Notes under the pieces: model-generated | Told to the model about the DNA's origin: nothing | The model's input: only the letters and a program-made list of their open reading frames with translations | The model's database searches: none | Program-made: the position numbers and the translations under genes | Part shown: positions 1 to 7,695 of the stretch, piece after piece | Layout: each line of letters starts with the position of its first letter | Position numbering within the stretch: the first letter of the stretch is position 1 | Source: a virus | Taxonomy: Duplodnaviria; Heunggongvirae; Uroviricota; Caudoviricetes | Reading direction: 5' to 3' (one strand) | Virus record (IMG/VR): IMGVR_UViG_2778261557_000002 | DNA length: 8,194 bases

Positions 1-569
1 GACTCATTCAGCCAGGCAGAGTTAAGGGCGCTGAGATATTCCGGCAGGCCGTACAGCTCCTGATTAATATCCGGCTCCAGCAGGTGAAACACGGAACCGG
101 GCGCGAAGGCTGTCGGCTCGTTGAAGGACGGCACCCACCAGTAAACATCCTCTTCCACACCACGGCGGGTATATTTTGCCGGTGAGGTTTCCAGTCTGAT
201 GACCTTACCGGTGGTGCTGTATCGCTTTTCCAGAAACGCATTACCGAACACCAGAAAATCCAGCACAAAGCGGCTGAAATCCTGCTGGGAAAGCCACGGG
301 TGCGGGATAAACGTTGAAGCCAGAATATTGCGTTTAACGTAAATCGGTGAGCTGTGATGCACGGCAGCACGCAGACTTTTTGCCAGACCGGTAAAGCTGA
401 CCGGCGGCTCATACCATCTGCCGTTACTGATGCATTCGACGTAATCCAGAATGTCACGGCGGTCGAGTACCGGCACCGGCTCACCAAAGGTGAATGCCTC
501 CATTTTCGGGGCGCTGGCGGTCATTGTTTTTGCCGCAGGTTGCGGTGTTTTCCCTTTTTTCTTGCTCAT
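1..569 (-). CDS. Q: Portal protein gpQ, N-terminal 189 codons (partial; continues past the window start)
   Basis: Reverse-strand ATG at 569..567 opens a frame with no stop to position 1; it is not in the ORF track because no stop falls inside the window. Translation begins MSKKKGKTPQPAAKTMTASAPKMEAFTFGEPVPVLDRRDILDYVECISNGRWYEPP..., which I recognise as the P2 portal N-terminus. Its start overlaps the P stop by 1 nt (TGATG), as in P2. The 8..487 minus ORF in the track is a different frame of the same DNA. Confidence 0.88.
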   Translation of the reverse strand, partial: MSKKKGKTPQPAAKTMTASAPKMEAFTFGEPVPVLDRRDILDYVECISNGRWYEPPVSFTGLAKSLRAAVHHSSPIYVKRNILASTFIPHPWLSQQDFSRFVLDFLVFGNAFLEKRYSTTGKVIRLETSPAKYTRRGVEEDVYWWVPSFNEPTAFAPGSVFHLLEPDINQELYGLPEYLSALNSAWLNE

Positions 570-2341
570 CAGTAAAACTCCAGAATGGTGGATGTCAGCG
601 GGGTGCTGATACCGGCGGTAAGTGGCTCATTTAACAGGGCGTGCATGGTCGCCCAGGCGAGGTCGGCGTGGCTGGCTTCCTCGCTGCGGCTGGCCTCATA
701 GGTGGCGCTGCGTCCGCTGCTGGTTATGGTCTTGCGGATAGCCATAAACGAGCTGGTGATGTCGGTGGCGCTGACGTCATATTCCAGACAGCCACGGCGG
801 ATGACGTCTTTTGCCTTGAGCACCATTGCGGTTTTCATTTCCGGCGTGTAGCGGATGTCGCGCGCGGCGGGATAGAACGAGCGCACGAGCTGGAACACGC
901 CGACACCGAGGCCGGTGGCATCAATACCGATGTATTCGACGTTGTATTTTTCGGTGAGTTTGCGGATGGATTCAGCCTGGGTGGCAAAGTCCATGCCTTT
1001 CCACTGGTGACGCTCAAGTATTCTGAATTTGCCACCGGCCACCACCGGCGGTGCCAGCACCACGCATCCGGCACTGTCGCCACGGTGTGACGGGTCGTAA
1101 CCAATCCAGACCGGGCGGGAGCCGAACGGATTCGCGGCAAACGGCGCATAGTCTTCCCATTCTTCCAGCGTGTCGACCATGCAGCGTTGCAGCTCCTCGA
1201 ACGGGAATACCGACGCCTTGTCGTCAACAAATTCACACATGAACAGGTTTTTAAAATCGTCGGCGCTGTTTTCGCGTTTAAGCTGCTCAATGTCGAACAG
1301 CGTGCAGCCACCTTTCAGGGCGTCCTCAATGGTGACAATCTGCCGCCACTGGCCGTCCGCACAGAGAAGCCCACCGGCAAGGGCGTTATGACTGACGTCG
1401 ATTTCCACGCGTTCGGCGGCGCTGGCGCGTCCCCGGTTGAACAGTTCACCCGACCAGAACGGATAGGCGTCGTGCGCCAGCGTGGACGGGGTGGAGAAAT
1501 AGGTCGAGCGCAGGTGACTCTGTGAGGCCATACCTGATGCCACCTTACGCAGTACCTGAAAATTCGGGATCCAGAAAATCTCATCGACGTACAGGTCGCC
1601 GTTATGGCTCTGCGCGGTGTTGGAGTTGGTGCCGAGAAAAATCAGTTTTGCGCCGTTATTGCCCAGGACAATCGGGTCACCGGTCAGGTCAACGTCAACC
1701 AGCCGGGCAAAGGCGATGATGTATTCGCGGAACACATACGCCTGCGTTTTACTGGCCGACAGAAAAATCTGGTTATGACCGGTTTTCAGGGCGCGCAGCA
1801 GCGCCTCGCGGGAAAAATAAAACGTCGCGCCAATCTGGCGGGATTTCAGGATATCGCGGATGCGGTGCTCAAGCCCGGCGCGATACCAGTGCAACTGATA
1901 GTCGAAAGACTGCTCAAAGAAAATCTGCTCCAGCTTTTCGATGGCCTCGTCACTGAAAAAATTCTTTTTCGGTTTGCGACGCCCGCCTTTGTTGCGGTTA
2001 GCGACGTTCGGATTAAGGTCTGCCTCGTTGCCGGTCTGACTGTAGCGGTTGACCCGCGCCAGCCGTTCAATCTGGCGTCCCAGCAGGTCAATTTCCTTGA
2101 AGTCACCGCCGGTTTTCTGCGGTTTGATGATGAGCTGGGTCAGCCGCGCTTCCAGACTCATTTCGACACGGCTGATGGGGGCAACGCTGTCCCAGCCGTC
2201 GCGCTGTTTCCAGCTCTGCACCGTCGGGCGTTTCATCTGCAACATGGCGGCAATCTGCGGCACGGAAAACCCCTGCCAGTACAGCAGCGCCGCCTGACGA
2301 CGCGGGTCGTGTAAAAGAGTGGTGTCTGTGGTGATGGTCAT
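569..2341 (-). CDS. P: Terminase large (ATPase) subunit gpP
   Basis: 590-aa frame from ATG at 2341..2339 (MTITTDTTLLHDPRRQAALLYWQGFSVPQIAAMLQMKRPTVQSWKQRDGWDSV...), matching the P2 gpP length and N-terminus as I recall them. It contains a deviant Walker A-like segment (LKSRQIGATFYFS). A Shine-Dalgarno GGCGAGG lies 5 nt upstream. The track's longer ORF (569..2371) starts at a TTG 10 codons upstream with no RBS. Confidence 0.93.
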   Translation of the reverse strand: MTITTDTTLLHDPRRQAALLYWQGFSVPQIAAMLQMKRPTVQSWKQRDGWDSVAPISRVEMSLEARLTQLIIKPQKTGGDFKEIDLLGRQIERLARVNRYSQTGNEADLNPNVANRNKGGRRKPKKNFFSDEAIEKLEQIFFEQSFDYQLHWYRAGLEHRIRDILKSRQIGATFYFSREALLRALKTGHNQIFLSASKTQAYVFREYIIAFARLVDVDLTGDPIVLGNNGAKLIFLGTNSNTAQSHNGDLYVDEIFWIPNFQVLRKVASGMASQSHLRSTYFSTPSTLAHDAYPFWSGELFNRGRASAAERVEIDVSHNALAGGLLCADGQWRQIVTIEDALKGGCTLFDIEQLKRENSADDFKNLFMCEFVDDKASVFPFEELQRCMVDTLEEWEDYAPFAANPFGSRPVWIGYDPSHRGDSAGCVVLAPPVVAGGKFRILERHQWKGMDFATQAESIRKLTEKYNVEYIGIDATGLGVGVFQLVRSFYPAARDIRYTPEMKTAMVLKAKDVIRRGCLEYDVSATDITSSFMAIRKTITSSGRSATYEASRSEEASHADLAWATMHALLNEPLTAGISTPLTSTILEFY

Positions 2342-2514
2342 GAATACCTCGCCGTGATGAATACACGGCAAGGCTACTGAGTCGCGCCCCGCGATTCGCT
2401 AAGGTGCTGTTGTGTCAGTGATAAGCCATCCGGGACTGATGGCGGAGGATGCGCATCGTCGGGAAACTGATGCCGACATGTGACTCCTCTAATCACTATT
2501 CAGGACTCCTGACA
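2342..2514. promoter_or_regulatory. Divergent late-promoter region between leftward P-Q and rightward O operons (P2 P_P / P_O type, activator-dependent)
   Basis: A 173-bp non-coding interval sits between two divergently oriented, strongly supported genes. P2-type late promoters are activated by an Ogr-family zinc-finger protein bound at a TGT-N12-ACA dyad near -55. The nearest match here is an imperfect TGT-N12-CCA at 2411..2428 (reverse strand reads TGG-N12-ACA), about 78 nt upstream of the P start codon. Exact -10 elements and transcription starts cannot be fixed from sequence alone. Confidence 0.5.
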
Positions 2515-3369
2515 ATGGCAAAAAAAGTCTCAAAATTCTTTCGTATCGGCGTTGAGGGTGACACCTGTGACGGGCGTGTCATCAGTGCGCAGGATATTCA
2601 GGAAATGGCTGAAACCTTTGACCCGCGCGTCTATGGTTGCCGCATTAACCTGGAACATCTGCGCGGCATCCTGCCTGACGGTATTTTTAAACGTTATGGC
2701 GATGTGGTTGAACTGAAGGCCGAAAAGATTGATGACGATTCGGCGCTGAAAGGCAAATGGGCGCTGTTTGCGAAAATCACCCCGACCGATGACCTTATCG
2801 CGATGAACAAGGCCGCGCAGAAGGTCTATACCTCAATGGAAATTCAGCCGAACTTTGCCAATACCGGCAAATGTTATCTGGTGGGTCTGGCCGTCACCGA
2901 TGACCCGGCAAGCCTCGGCACGGAATACCTGGAATTCTGCCGCACGGCAAAACACAACCCCCTGAACCGCTTCAAATTAAGCCCTGAAAACCTGATTTCA
3001 GTGGCAACGCCTGTTGAGCTGGAATTTGAAGACCTGCCTGAAACCGTGTTCACCGCCCTGACCGAAAAGGTGAAATCCATTTTTGGCCGCAAACAGGCCA
3101 GCGATGACGCCCGTCTGAATGATGTGCATGAAGCGGTGACCGCTGTTGCTGAACATGTGCAGGAAAAGCTGAGCGCCACTGAGCAGCGCCTCGCTGAGAT
3201 GGAAACCGCCTTTTCCGCACTTAAGCAGGAGGTGACTGACAGGGCGGATGAAACCAGCCAGGCATTCACCCGCCTGAAAAACAGTCTCGACCACACCGAA
3301 AGTCTGACCCAGCAGCGCCGCAGCAAGGCCACCGGTGGTGGCGGTGACGCCCTGATGACGAACTGCTGA
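2515..3369 (+). CDS. O: Capsid scaffolding protein / prohead serine protease gpO
   Basis: 284-aa frame from ATG at 2515 (MAKKVSKFFRIGVEGDTCDGRVISAQDIQEMAETFDPRVYGCRINLEHLRG...). Asp19, His48 and Ser107 sit at the positions I recall for the P2 gpO catalytic triad. The C-terminal region is coiled-coil-like (EQRLAEMETAFSALKQEVTDRADE). The track ORF starts 22 codons upstream at 2449; the internal ATG matches the P2 gpO length. Confidence 0.92.
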   Translation: MAKKVSKFFRIGVEGDTCDGRVISAQDIQEMAETFDPRVYGCRINLEHLRGILPDGIFKRYGDVVELKAEKIDDDSALKGKWALFAKITPTDDLIAMNKAAQKVYTSMEIQPNFANTGKCYLVGLAVTDDPASLGTEYLEFCRTAKHNPLNRFKLSPENLISVATPVELEFEDLPETVFTALTEKVKSIFGRKQASDDARLNDVHEAVTAVAEHVQEKLSATEQRLAEMETAFSALKQEVTDRADETSQAFTRLKNSLDHTESLTQQRRSKATGGGGDALMTNC

Positions 3370-3427
3370 CCGGCGTCAGTCAGTCCGGGAAAACCTTCAC
3401 GATTAACCCTTAATTTCAGGAAAAACT

Positions 3428-4501
3428 ATGCGCCAGGAAACCCGCTTTAAATTTAATGCCTACCTGTCCCGTGTTGCCGAACTGAACGGCATCGACGCCG
3501 GTGATGTGTCGAAAAAATTCACCGTTGAACCGTCGGTCACCCAGACCCTGATGAACACCATGCAGGAGTCCTCTGACTTTCTGACCCGCATCAACATTGT
3601 GCCGGTCAGCGAAATGAAAGGGGAAAAAATTGGCATCGGTGTCACCGGCTCCATCGCCAGCACCACCGACACCGCCGGTGGCACCGAGCGTCAGCCGAAG
3701 GACTTCTCGAAGCTGGCGTCAAACAAGTACGAATGCGACCAGATTAACTTCGATTTTTATATCCGCTACAAAACGCTTGACCTGTGGGCGCGTTATCAGG
3801 ATTTCCAGCTCCGTGTCCGTAACGCCATTATCAAACGCCAGTCCCTTGATTTCATCATGGCCGGTTTTAACGGCGTGAAGCGTGCCGAAACCTCTGACCG
3901 CAGCAGCAATCCGATGCTGCAGGATGTGGCGGTCGGCTGGCTGCAGAAATACCGCAATGAAGCCCCGGCGCGCGTGATGAGCAAGGTCACTGACGAGGAA
4001 GGCCGCACGACCTCTGAGGTCATCCGCGTGGGTAAGAGCGGTGATTATGCCAGCCTCGATGCACTGGTGATGGATGCGACCAACAACCTGATTGAGCCGT
4101 GGTATCAGGAAGACCCTGACCTTGTGGTGATTGTGGGGCGTCAGCTACTGGCGGACAAGTATTTCCCCATCGTCAACAAGGAGCAGGACAACAGCGAAAT
4201 GCTGGCCGCTGACGTCATCATCAGCCAGAAACGCATCGGTAACCTGCCGGCGGTACGCGTCCCGTACTTCCCGGCGGATGCGATGCTCATCACGAAGCTG
4301 GAAAACCTGTCCATCTACTACATGGATGACAGCCATCGCCGCGTGATTGTGGAAAACCCGAAACTCGACCGCGTGGAGAACTACGAGTCAATGAACATTG
4401 ATTACGTGGTGGAAGACTACGCCGCCGGTTGTCTGGTGGAAAAAATTAAGGTCGGTGATTTTTCCACACCGGCCAGGGCGACCGCAGAGCCGGGAGCGTA
4501 A
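3428..4501 (+). CDS. N: Major capsid protein gpN
   Basis: 357-aa ORF (MRQETRFKFNAYLSRVAELNGIDAGDVSKKFTVEPSVTQTLMNTMQESSDFLTRINIVPV...), recognised as the P2 major capsid precursor and identical in length to P2 gpN as I recall it. An AGGAAAA RBS precedes the ATG. Confidence 0.95.
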   Translation: MRQETRFKFNAYLSRVAELNGIDAGDVSKKFTVEPSVTQTLMNTMQESSDFLTRINIVPVSEMKGEKIGIGVTGSIASTTDTAGGTERQPKDFSKLASNKYECDQINFDFYIRYKTLDLWARYQDFQLRVRNAIIKRQSLDFIMAGFNGVKRAETSDRSSNPMLQDVAVGWLQKYRNEAPARVMSKVTDEEGRTTSEVIRVGKSGDYASLDALVMDATNNLIEPWYQEDPDLVVIVGRQLLADKYFPIVNKEQDNSEMLAADVIISQKRIGNLPAVRVPYFPADAMLITKLENLSIYYMDDSHRRVIVENPKLDRVENYESMNIDYVVEDYAAGCLVEKIKVGDFSTPARATAEPGA

Positions 4502-4504
4502 CCG

Positions 4505-5248
4505 ATGACGAGTCCCGCACAGCGCCACATGATGCGGGTCTCGGCAGCGATGACCGCGCAGCGGGAAGCCGCCCCGCTGCGACATGCAACTGTCTATGAG
4601 CAGATGCTGGTTAAGCTCGCCGCAGACCAGCGCAAACTGAAAGCGATTTATTCAAAAGAGCTGAAGGCCGCGAAAAAACGCGAACTGCTGCCGTTCTGGT
4701 TGCCGTGGGTGAACGGCGTGCTGGAGCAGGGCAAAGGTGCACAGGATGACATTCTGATGACGGTCATGCTGTGGCGTCTGGATACCGGCGATATTGCCGG
4801 TGCGCTGGAGATTGCCCGTTATGCCCTGAAGTACGGTCTGACCATGCCGGGTAAACACCGCCGCACCCCGCCGTACATGTTCACCGAGGAGGTGGCGCTT
4901 GCGGCCATGCGCGCTCACGCTGCCGGTGAGTCTGTGGATCCCCGCCTGCTGACGGACACCCTCGAACTGACCGCCACGGCTGACATGCCTGATGAAGTGC
5001 GCGCAAAACTGCACAAAATCACCGGTCTGTTTCTGCGTGACGCTGGTGATGCCGCAGGGGCGCTGGCTCACCTGCAACGTGCGACACAGCTCGACTGTCA
5101 GGCAGGCGTCAAAAAAGAGATTGAACGACTGGAGCGGGAGCTGAAACCGAAGCCGGAGCCGCAGCCCAAAGCGGCCACCCGTACCCCGCGTAAGACCCGG
5201 AGCGTGACACCGGCAAAACGTGGACGCCCGAAAAAGAAAGCCAGTTAA
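4505..5248 (+). CDS. M: Terminase small / endonuclease subunit gpM
   Basis: 247-aa ORF starting 4 nt after the N stop (MTSPAQRHMMRVSAAMTAQREAAPLRHATVYEQMLVKLAADQRKLKAIYSKELKAAKKRELLPFWLPWVNG...), recognised as P2 gpM. The C-terminal ~35 residues form a highly basic K/R/P-rich tail. Confidence 0.93.
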   Translation: MTSPAQRHMMRVSAAMTAQREAAPLRHATVYEQMLVKLAADQRKLKAIYSKELKAAKKRELLPFWLPWVNGVLEQGKGAQDDILMTVMLWRLDTGDIAGALEIARYALKYGLTMPGKHRRTPPYMFTEEVALAAMRAHAAGESVDPRLLTDTLELTATADMPDEVRAKLHKITGLFLRDAGDAAGALAHLQRATQLDCQAGVKKEIERLERELKPKPEPQPKAATRTPRKTRSVTPAKRGRPKKKAS

Positions 5249-5347
5249 CAACCGAATGCGCCCCGCGCCAGGGCGGCACGCCGGTCAGTGAGGGTGAATC
5301 ACCTGACACTGCACCGGCGTCCACCGCCCGACTTTTCAGAGGTAGTC

Positions 5348-5857
5348 ATGATGACGCTGATTATTCCGCGAAAGGAGGCTCCCGTGTCCGGTGAGGGTAC
5401 GGTGGTCATCCCGCAACCGGCAGGCGACGAGCCGGTGATTAAAAACACGTTCTTTTTTCCCGATATCGACCCGAAGCGTGTCCGGGAACGTATGCGCCTT
5501 GAGCAGACCGTCGCCCCTGCCCGTCTGCGTGAGGCCATCAAGTCAGGCATGGCGGAGACGAATGCGGAGCTGTACGAGTACCGCGAACAGAAAATTGCCG
5601 CCGGTTTTACGCGTCTGGCGGACGTTCCGGCGGACGACATCGATGGTGAAAGCATCAGGGTTTTTTACTACGAGCGCGCCGTGTGCGCGATGGCGACCGC
5701 GTCGCTTTATGAGCGTTATCGCGGCGTGGATGCCAGTGCGAAAGGCGACAAGAAGGCTGACAGCATTGACAGCACCATTGATGAACTGTGGCGGGATATG
5801 CGCTGGGCGGTGGCGCGTATCCAGGACAAGCCGCGCTGCATCGTGAGTCAAATCTGA
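5348..5857 (+). CDS. L: Head completion / stabilisation protein gpL
   Basis: 169-aa frame from ATG at 5348 (MMTLIIPRKEAPVSGEGTVVIPQPAGDEPVIKNTFFFPDIDPKRVRERMRLEQT...). GAGG lies 7-10 nt upstream. The track's longer ORF starts at a GTG at 5288 inside the spacer. Confidence 0.92.
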   Translation: MMTLIIPRKEAPVSGEGTVVIPQPAGDEPVIKNTFFFPDIDPKRVRERMRLEQTVAPARLREAIKSGMAETNAELYEYREQKIAAGFTRLADVPADDIDGESIRVFYYERAVCAMATASLYERYRGVDASAKGDKKADSIDSTIDELWRDMRWAVARIQDKPRCIVSQI

Positions 5858-6060
5858 TGAAGACCTTTGCGCTACAGGGCGACACGCTCGACGCCATTTG
5901 TGTCCGGTATTACGGGCGCACTGAGGGCGTGGTTGAGACCGTGCTCGCCGCAAATCCGGGACTGGCTGAACTGGGTGCGGTGCTGCCACACGGCACCGCC
6001 GTCGAACTGCCCGACGTTCAGACCGCGCCCGTGGCTGAAACTGTCAATCTGTGGGAGTAA
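5857..6060 (+). CDS. X: Tail protein X (phage tail X family)
   Basis: 67-aa frame from ATG at 5857, overlapping the L stop by 1 nt (TGATG): MKTFALQGDTLDAICVRYYGRTEGVVETVLAANPGLAELGAVLPHGTAVELPDVQTAPVAETVNLWE. It matches the P2 gpX length and sequence as I recall them. The track's upstream extension from 5788 lies inside L. Confidence 0.9.
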   Translation: MKTFALQGDTLDAICVRYYGRTEGVVETVLAANPGLAELGAVLPHGTAVELPDVQTAPVAETVNLWE

Positions 6061-6063
6061 CGC

Positions 6064-6345
6064 ATGACAGCAGAAGAAAAAAGCGTCCTGTCGCTTTTCA
6101 TGATTGGGGTGCTGATTGTTGTCGGCAAGGTGCTTGCCGGTGGTGAACCCATCACCCCGCGTCTGTTTATCGGGCGCATGTTGCTCGGTGGTTTTGTCTC
6201 GATGGTTGCCGGTGTTGTTCTGGTGCAGTTTCCTGACCTGTCACTGCCTGCGGTGTGCGGCATCGGTTCCATGCTGGGTATCGCCGGTTATCAGGTGATT
6301 GAGATTGCCATTCAGCGCCGCTTTAAGGGCAGGGGGAAACCGTAA
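6064..6345 (+). CDS. Y: Holin gpY
   Basis: 93-aa ORF with several hydrophobic transmembrane segments (LSLFMIGVLIVVGKVLAGG; MLLGGFVSMVAGVVLVQF; VCGIGSMLGIAGYQVI) and a charged C-terminus (RRFKGRGKP). It sits immediately upstream of the endolysin, in the P2 Y position and with the P2 Y length. Confidence 0.9.
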   Translation: MTAEEKSVLSLFMIGVLIVVGKVLAGGEPITPRLFIGRMLLGGFVSMVAGVVLVQFPDLSLPAVCGIGSMLGIAGYQVIEIAIQRRFKGRGKP

Positions 6346-6842
6346 TGCCGGTAATTAACACGCATCAGAATATCGCCGCCTTTCTCGACATGCTGGCCGT
6401 GTCCGAAGGGACGGCGAACCATCCGCTGACGAAAAACCGGGGCTATGACGTGATAGTCACCGGACTGGACGGAAAGCCGGAAATTTTCACCGACTACAGT
6501 GACCACCCGTTCGCGCATGGCCGACCGGCGAAGGTGTTTAACCGTCGCGGTGAAAAATCCACGGCCTCCGGTCGCTATCAGCAGCTTTACCTGTTCTGGC
6601 CGCATTACCGCAAACAGCTTGCCCTGCCGGATTTCAGTCCGTTGTCACAGGACAGACTCGCAATTCAGTTGATCCGCGAACGCGGTGCGCTGGATGACAT
6701 CCGGGCGGGACGCATTGAGCGCGCCATTTCACGCTGTCGCAATATCTGGGCGTCCCTGCCGGGTGCCGGTTACGGTCAGCGTGAGCATTCACTGGAAAAA
6801 CTGGTCACCGTCTGGCGTACCGCTGGCGGCGTACCTGCTTAA
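6345..6842 (+). CDS. K: Endolysin gpK (lambda R-type lytic transglycosylase)
   Basis: 165-aa ORF overlapping the Y stop by 1 nt (TAATG). It aligns by eye along its whole length with lambda R: AFLDMLAVSEGT, GYDVIV, FTDYSDHP, GRYQ, YRKQLALPDFSP, ERGAL, RCRNIWASLPGAGYGQREH. Confidence 0.93.
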   Translation: MPVINTHQNIAAFLDMLAVSEGTANHPLTKNRGYDVIVTGLDGKPEIFTDYSDHPFAHGRPAKVFNRRGEKSTASGRYQQLYLFWPHYRKQLALPDFSPLSQDRLAIQLIRERGALDDIRAGRIERAISRCRNIWASLPGAGYGQREHSLEKLVTVWRTAGGVPA

Positions 6843-6856
6843 ACGGAGTAAACACC

Positions 6857-7282
6857 ATGAAGAAATTATCCCTTTCACTGATGCTGAACGTGTCGCTGGC
6901 GCTGATGCCGGCACTGTCCCTGATTTACCCGCAGAGCGTGGCCGTCAATTTTGTCGCCGCCTGGGCGATTCTGGCGACGGTTATCTGTGTGGTTGCCGGT
7001 GGTGTCGGCGTGTATGCCACTGAGTATGTGCTGGAACGCTACGGGCGGGAGCTGCCGCCGGAATCGCTGGCCGTGAAGATTGTCACGTCGCTGTTTTTAC
7101 AGCCGGTGCCGTGGTGCAGACGGGCAGTGGCTCTGGTGGTGATGGTGGCGACATTTATCTCGCTGGTCGCCGCCGGATGGATTTTTACCGCGCTGATTTA
7201 TCTCGTGGCGTCACTGTTTTTCCGGCTGATACGCACGGCCTGCCATCAGCGTTTTGAGGGGCGGCAACCATGTCAAGGCTGA
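6857..7282 (+). CDS. lysA: LysA, lysis-timing membrane protein (putative antiholin)
   Basis: 141-aa ORF preceded by GGAG 9-12 nt upstream. It is very hydrophobic with about four predicted transmembrane segments, and has the P2 LysA position and length. Confidence 0.85.
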   Translation: MKKLSLSLMLNVSLALMPALSLIYPQSVAVNFVAAWAILATVICVVAGGVGVYATEYVLERYGRELPPESLAVKIVTSLFLQPVPWCRRAVALVVMVATFISLVAAGWIFTALIYLVASLFFRLIRTACHQRFEGRQPCQG

Positions 7283-7695
7283 TGATTGTGCTGGTCGTGT
7301 TGTTATCGCTGGCGGTGACCGGTCTGTTTCTGGCGAAGCATAAAAACGCCAGCCTGCGCACCTCACTGGACAGGGCAAACAACGTAGCCAGCGGGCAGCA
7401 GACGACCATCACCATGCTGAAAAATCAGCTTCATGTTGCGCTCACCAGGGCAGACAAAAACGAGCTGGCGCAGGTGGCACTGCGTCAGGAACTGGAGAAC
7501 GCCGCGAAGCGTGAAGCACAGCGCGAGAAAACCATCACGAGGTTACTCAATGAAAACGAAGATTTTCGCCGCTGGTACGGTGCTGACCTGCCTGATGCTG
7601 TGCGCCGGTTGCACCAGCGCCCGGCCTGCACTGACGCCAGTGATTGTCCCCAACGCCTGCCCGAAAGTGAGTCTTTGCCCGATGCCGGGCAGTGA
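7270..7695 (+). CDS. lysB: LysB, Rz-like inner-membrane spanin (i-spanin)
   Basis: 141-aa ORF overlapping the lysA end by 13 nt. It has an N-terminal transmembrane anchor (MSRLMIVLVVLLSLAVTGLFLA) followed by a charged, coiled-coil-like periplasmic domain, and contains lysC embedded out of frame. Confidence 0.88.
   Translation: MSRLMIVLVVLLSLAVTGLFLAKHKNASLRTSLDRANNVASGQQTTITMLKNQLHVALTRADKNELAQVALRQELENAAKREAQREKTITRLLNENEDFRRWYGADLPDAVRRLHQRPACTDASDCPQRLPESESLPDAGQ

Noticed and set aside
8-487. 159-aa minus-strand ORF offered by the track in the portal region
   Set aside because: It is in the wrong frame. The real portal frame starts at 569 and runs open to position 1 with clear P2 gpQ sequence. 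The 8..487 product is Cys/Trp/Arg-rich and not protein-like.
1604-2314. 236-aa plus-strand ORF lying entirely inside the terminase gene P
   Set aside because: It is antisense to a confidently identified gene, has no RBS, and has an Arg/Gly/Val-rich composition typical of spurious antisense frames in GC-rich DNA. Other antisense ORFs were rejected on the same grounds: 641..1090 (+), 835..1311 (-), 1187..1525 (+), 2874..3332 (-), 2998..3294 (-), 5299..5655 (-), 5543..5989 (-) and 7929..8174 (-).
2342-2371. Longer version of P starting at a TTG at 2371 (600 aa)
   Set aside because: The ATG at 2341 has a good Shine-Dalgarno (GGCGAGG) at proper spacing and gives the 590-aa product expected for gpP. 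The TTG extension has no RBS and adds 10 residues (MPCIHHGEVF) that are not part of the recognised N-terminus.
2449-2514. Upstream start extensions in the ORF track for O (2449), L (5288), X (5788) and lysC (7433)
   Set aside because: These extensions fall in promoter or spacer DNA or inside the preceding gene. The internal ATGs at 2515, 5348, 5857 and 7550 have RBS-like sequences and give the P2 protein lengths.
4652-5251. 199-aa minus-strand ORF antisense to M
   Set aside because: It fully overlaps the well-supported gpM gene on the opposite strand. The protein is Arg/Gly/Cys-rich and low-complexity with no recognisable motif or RBS, so it is most likely a chance open frame.
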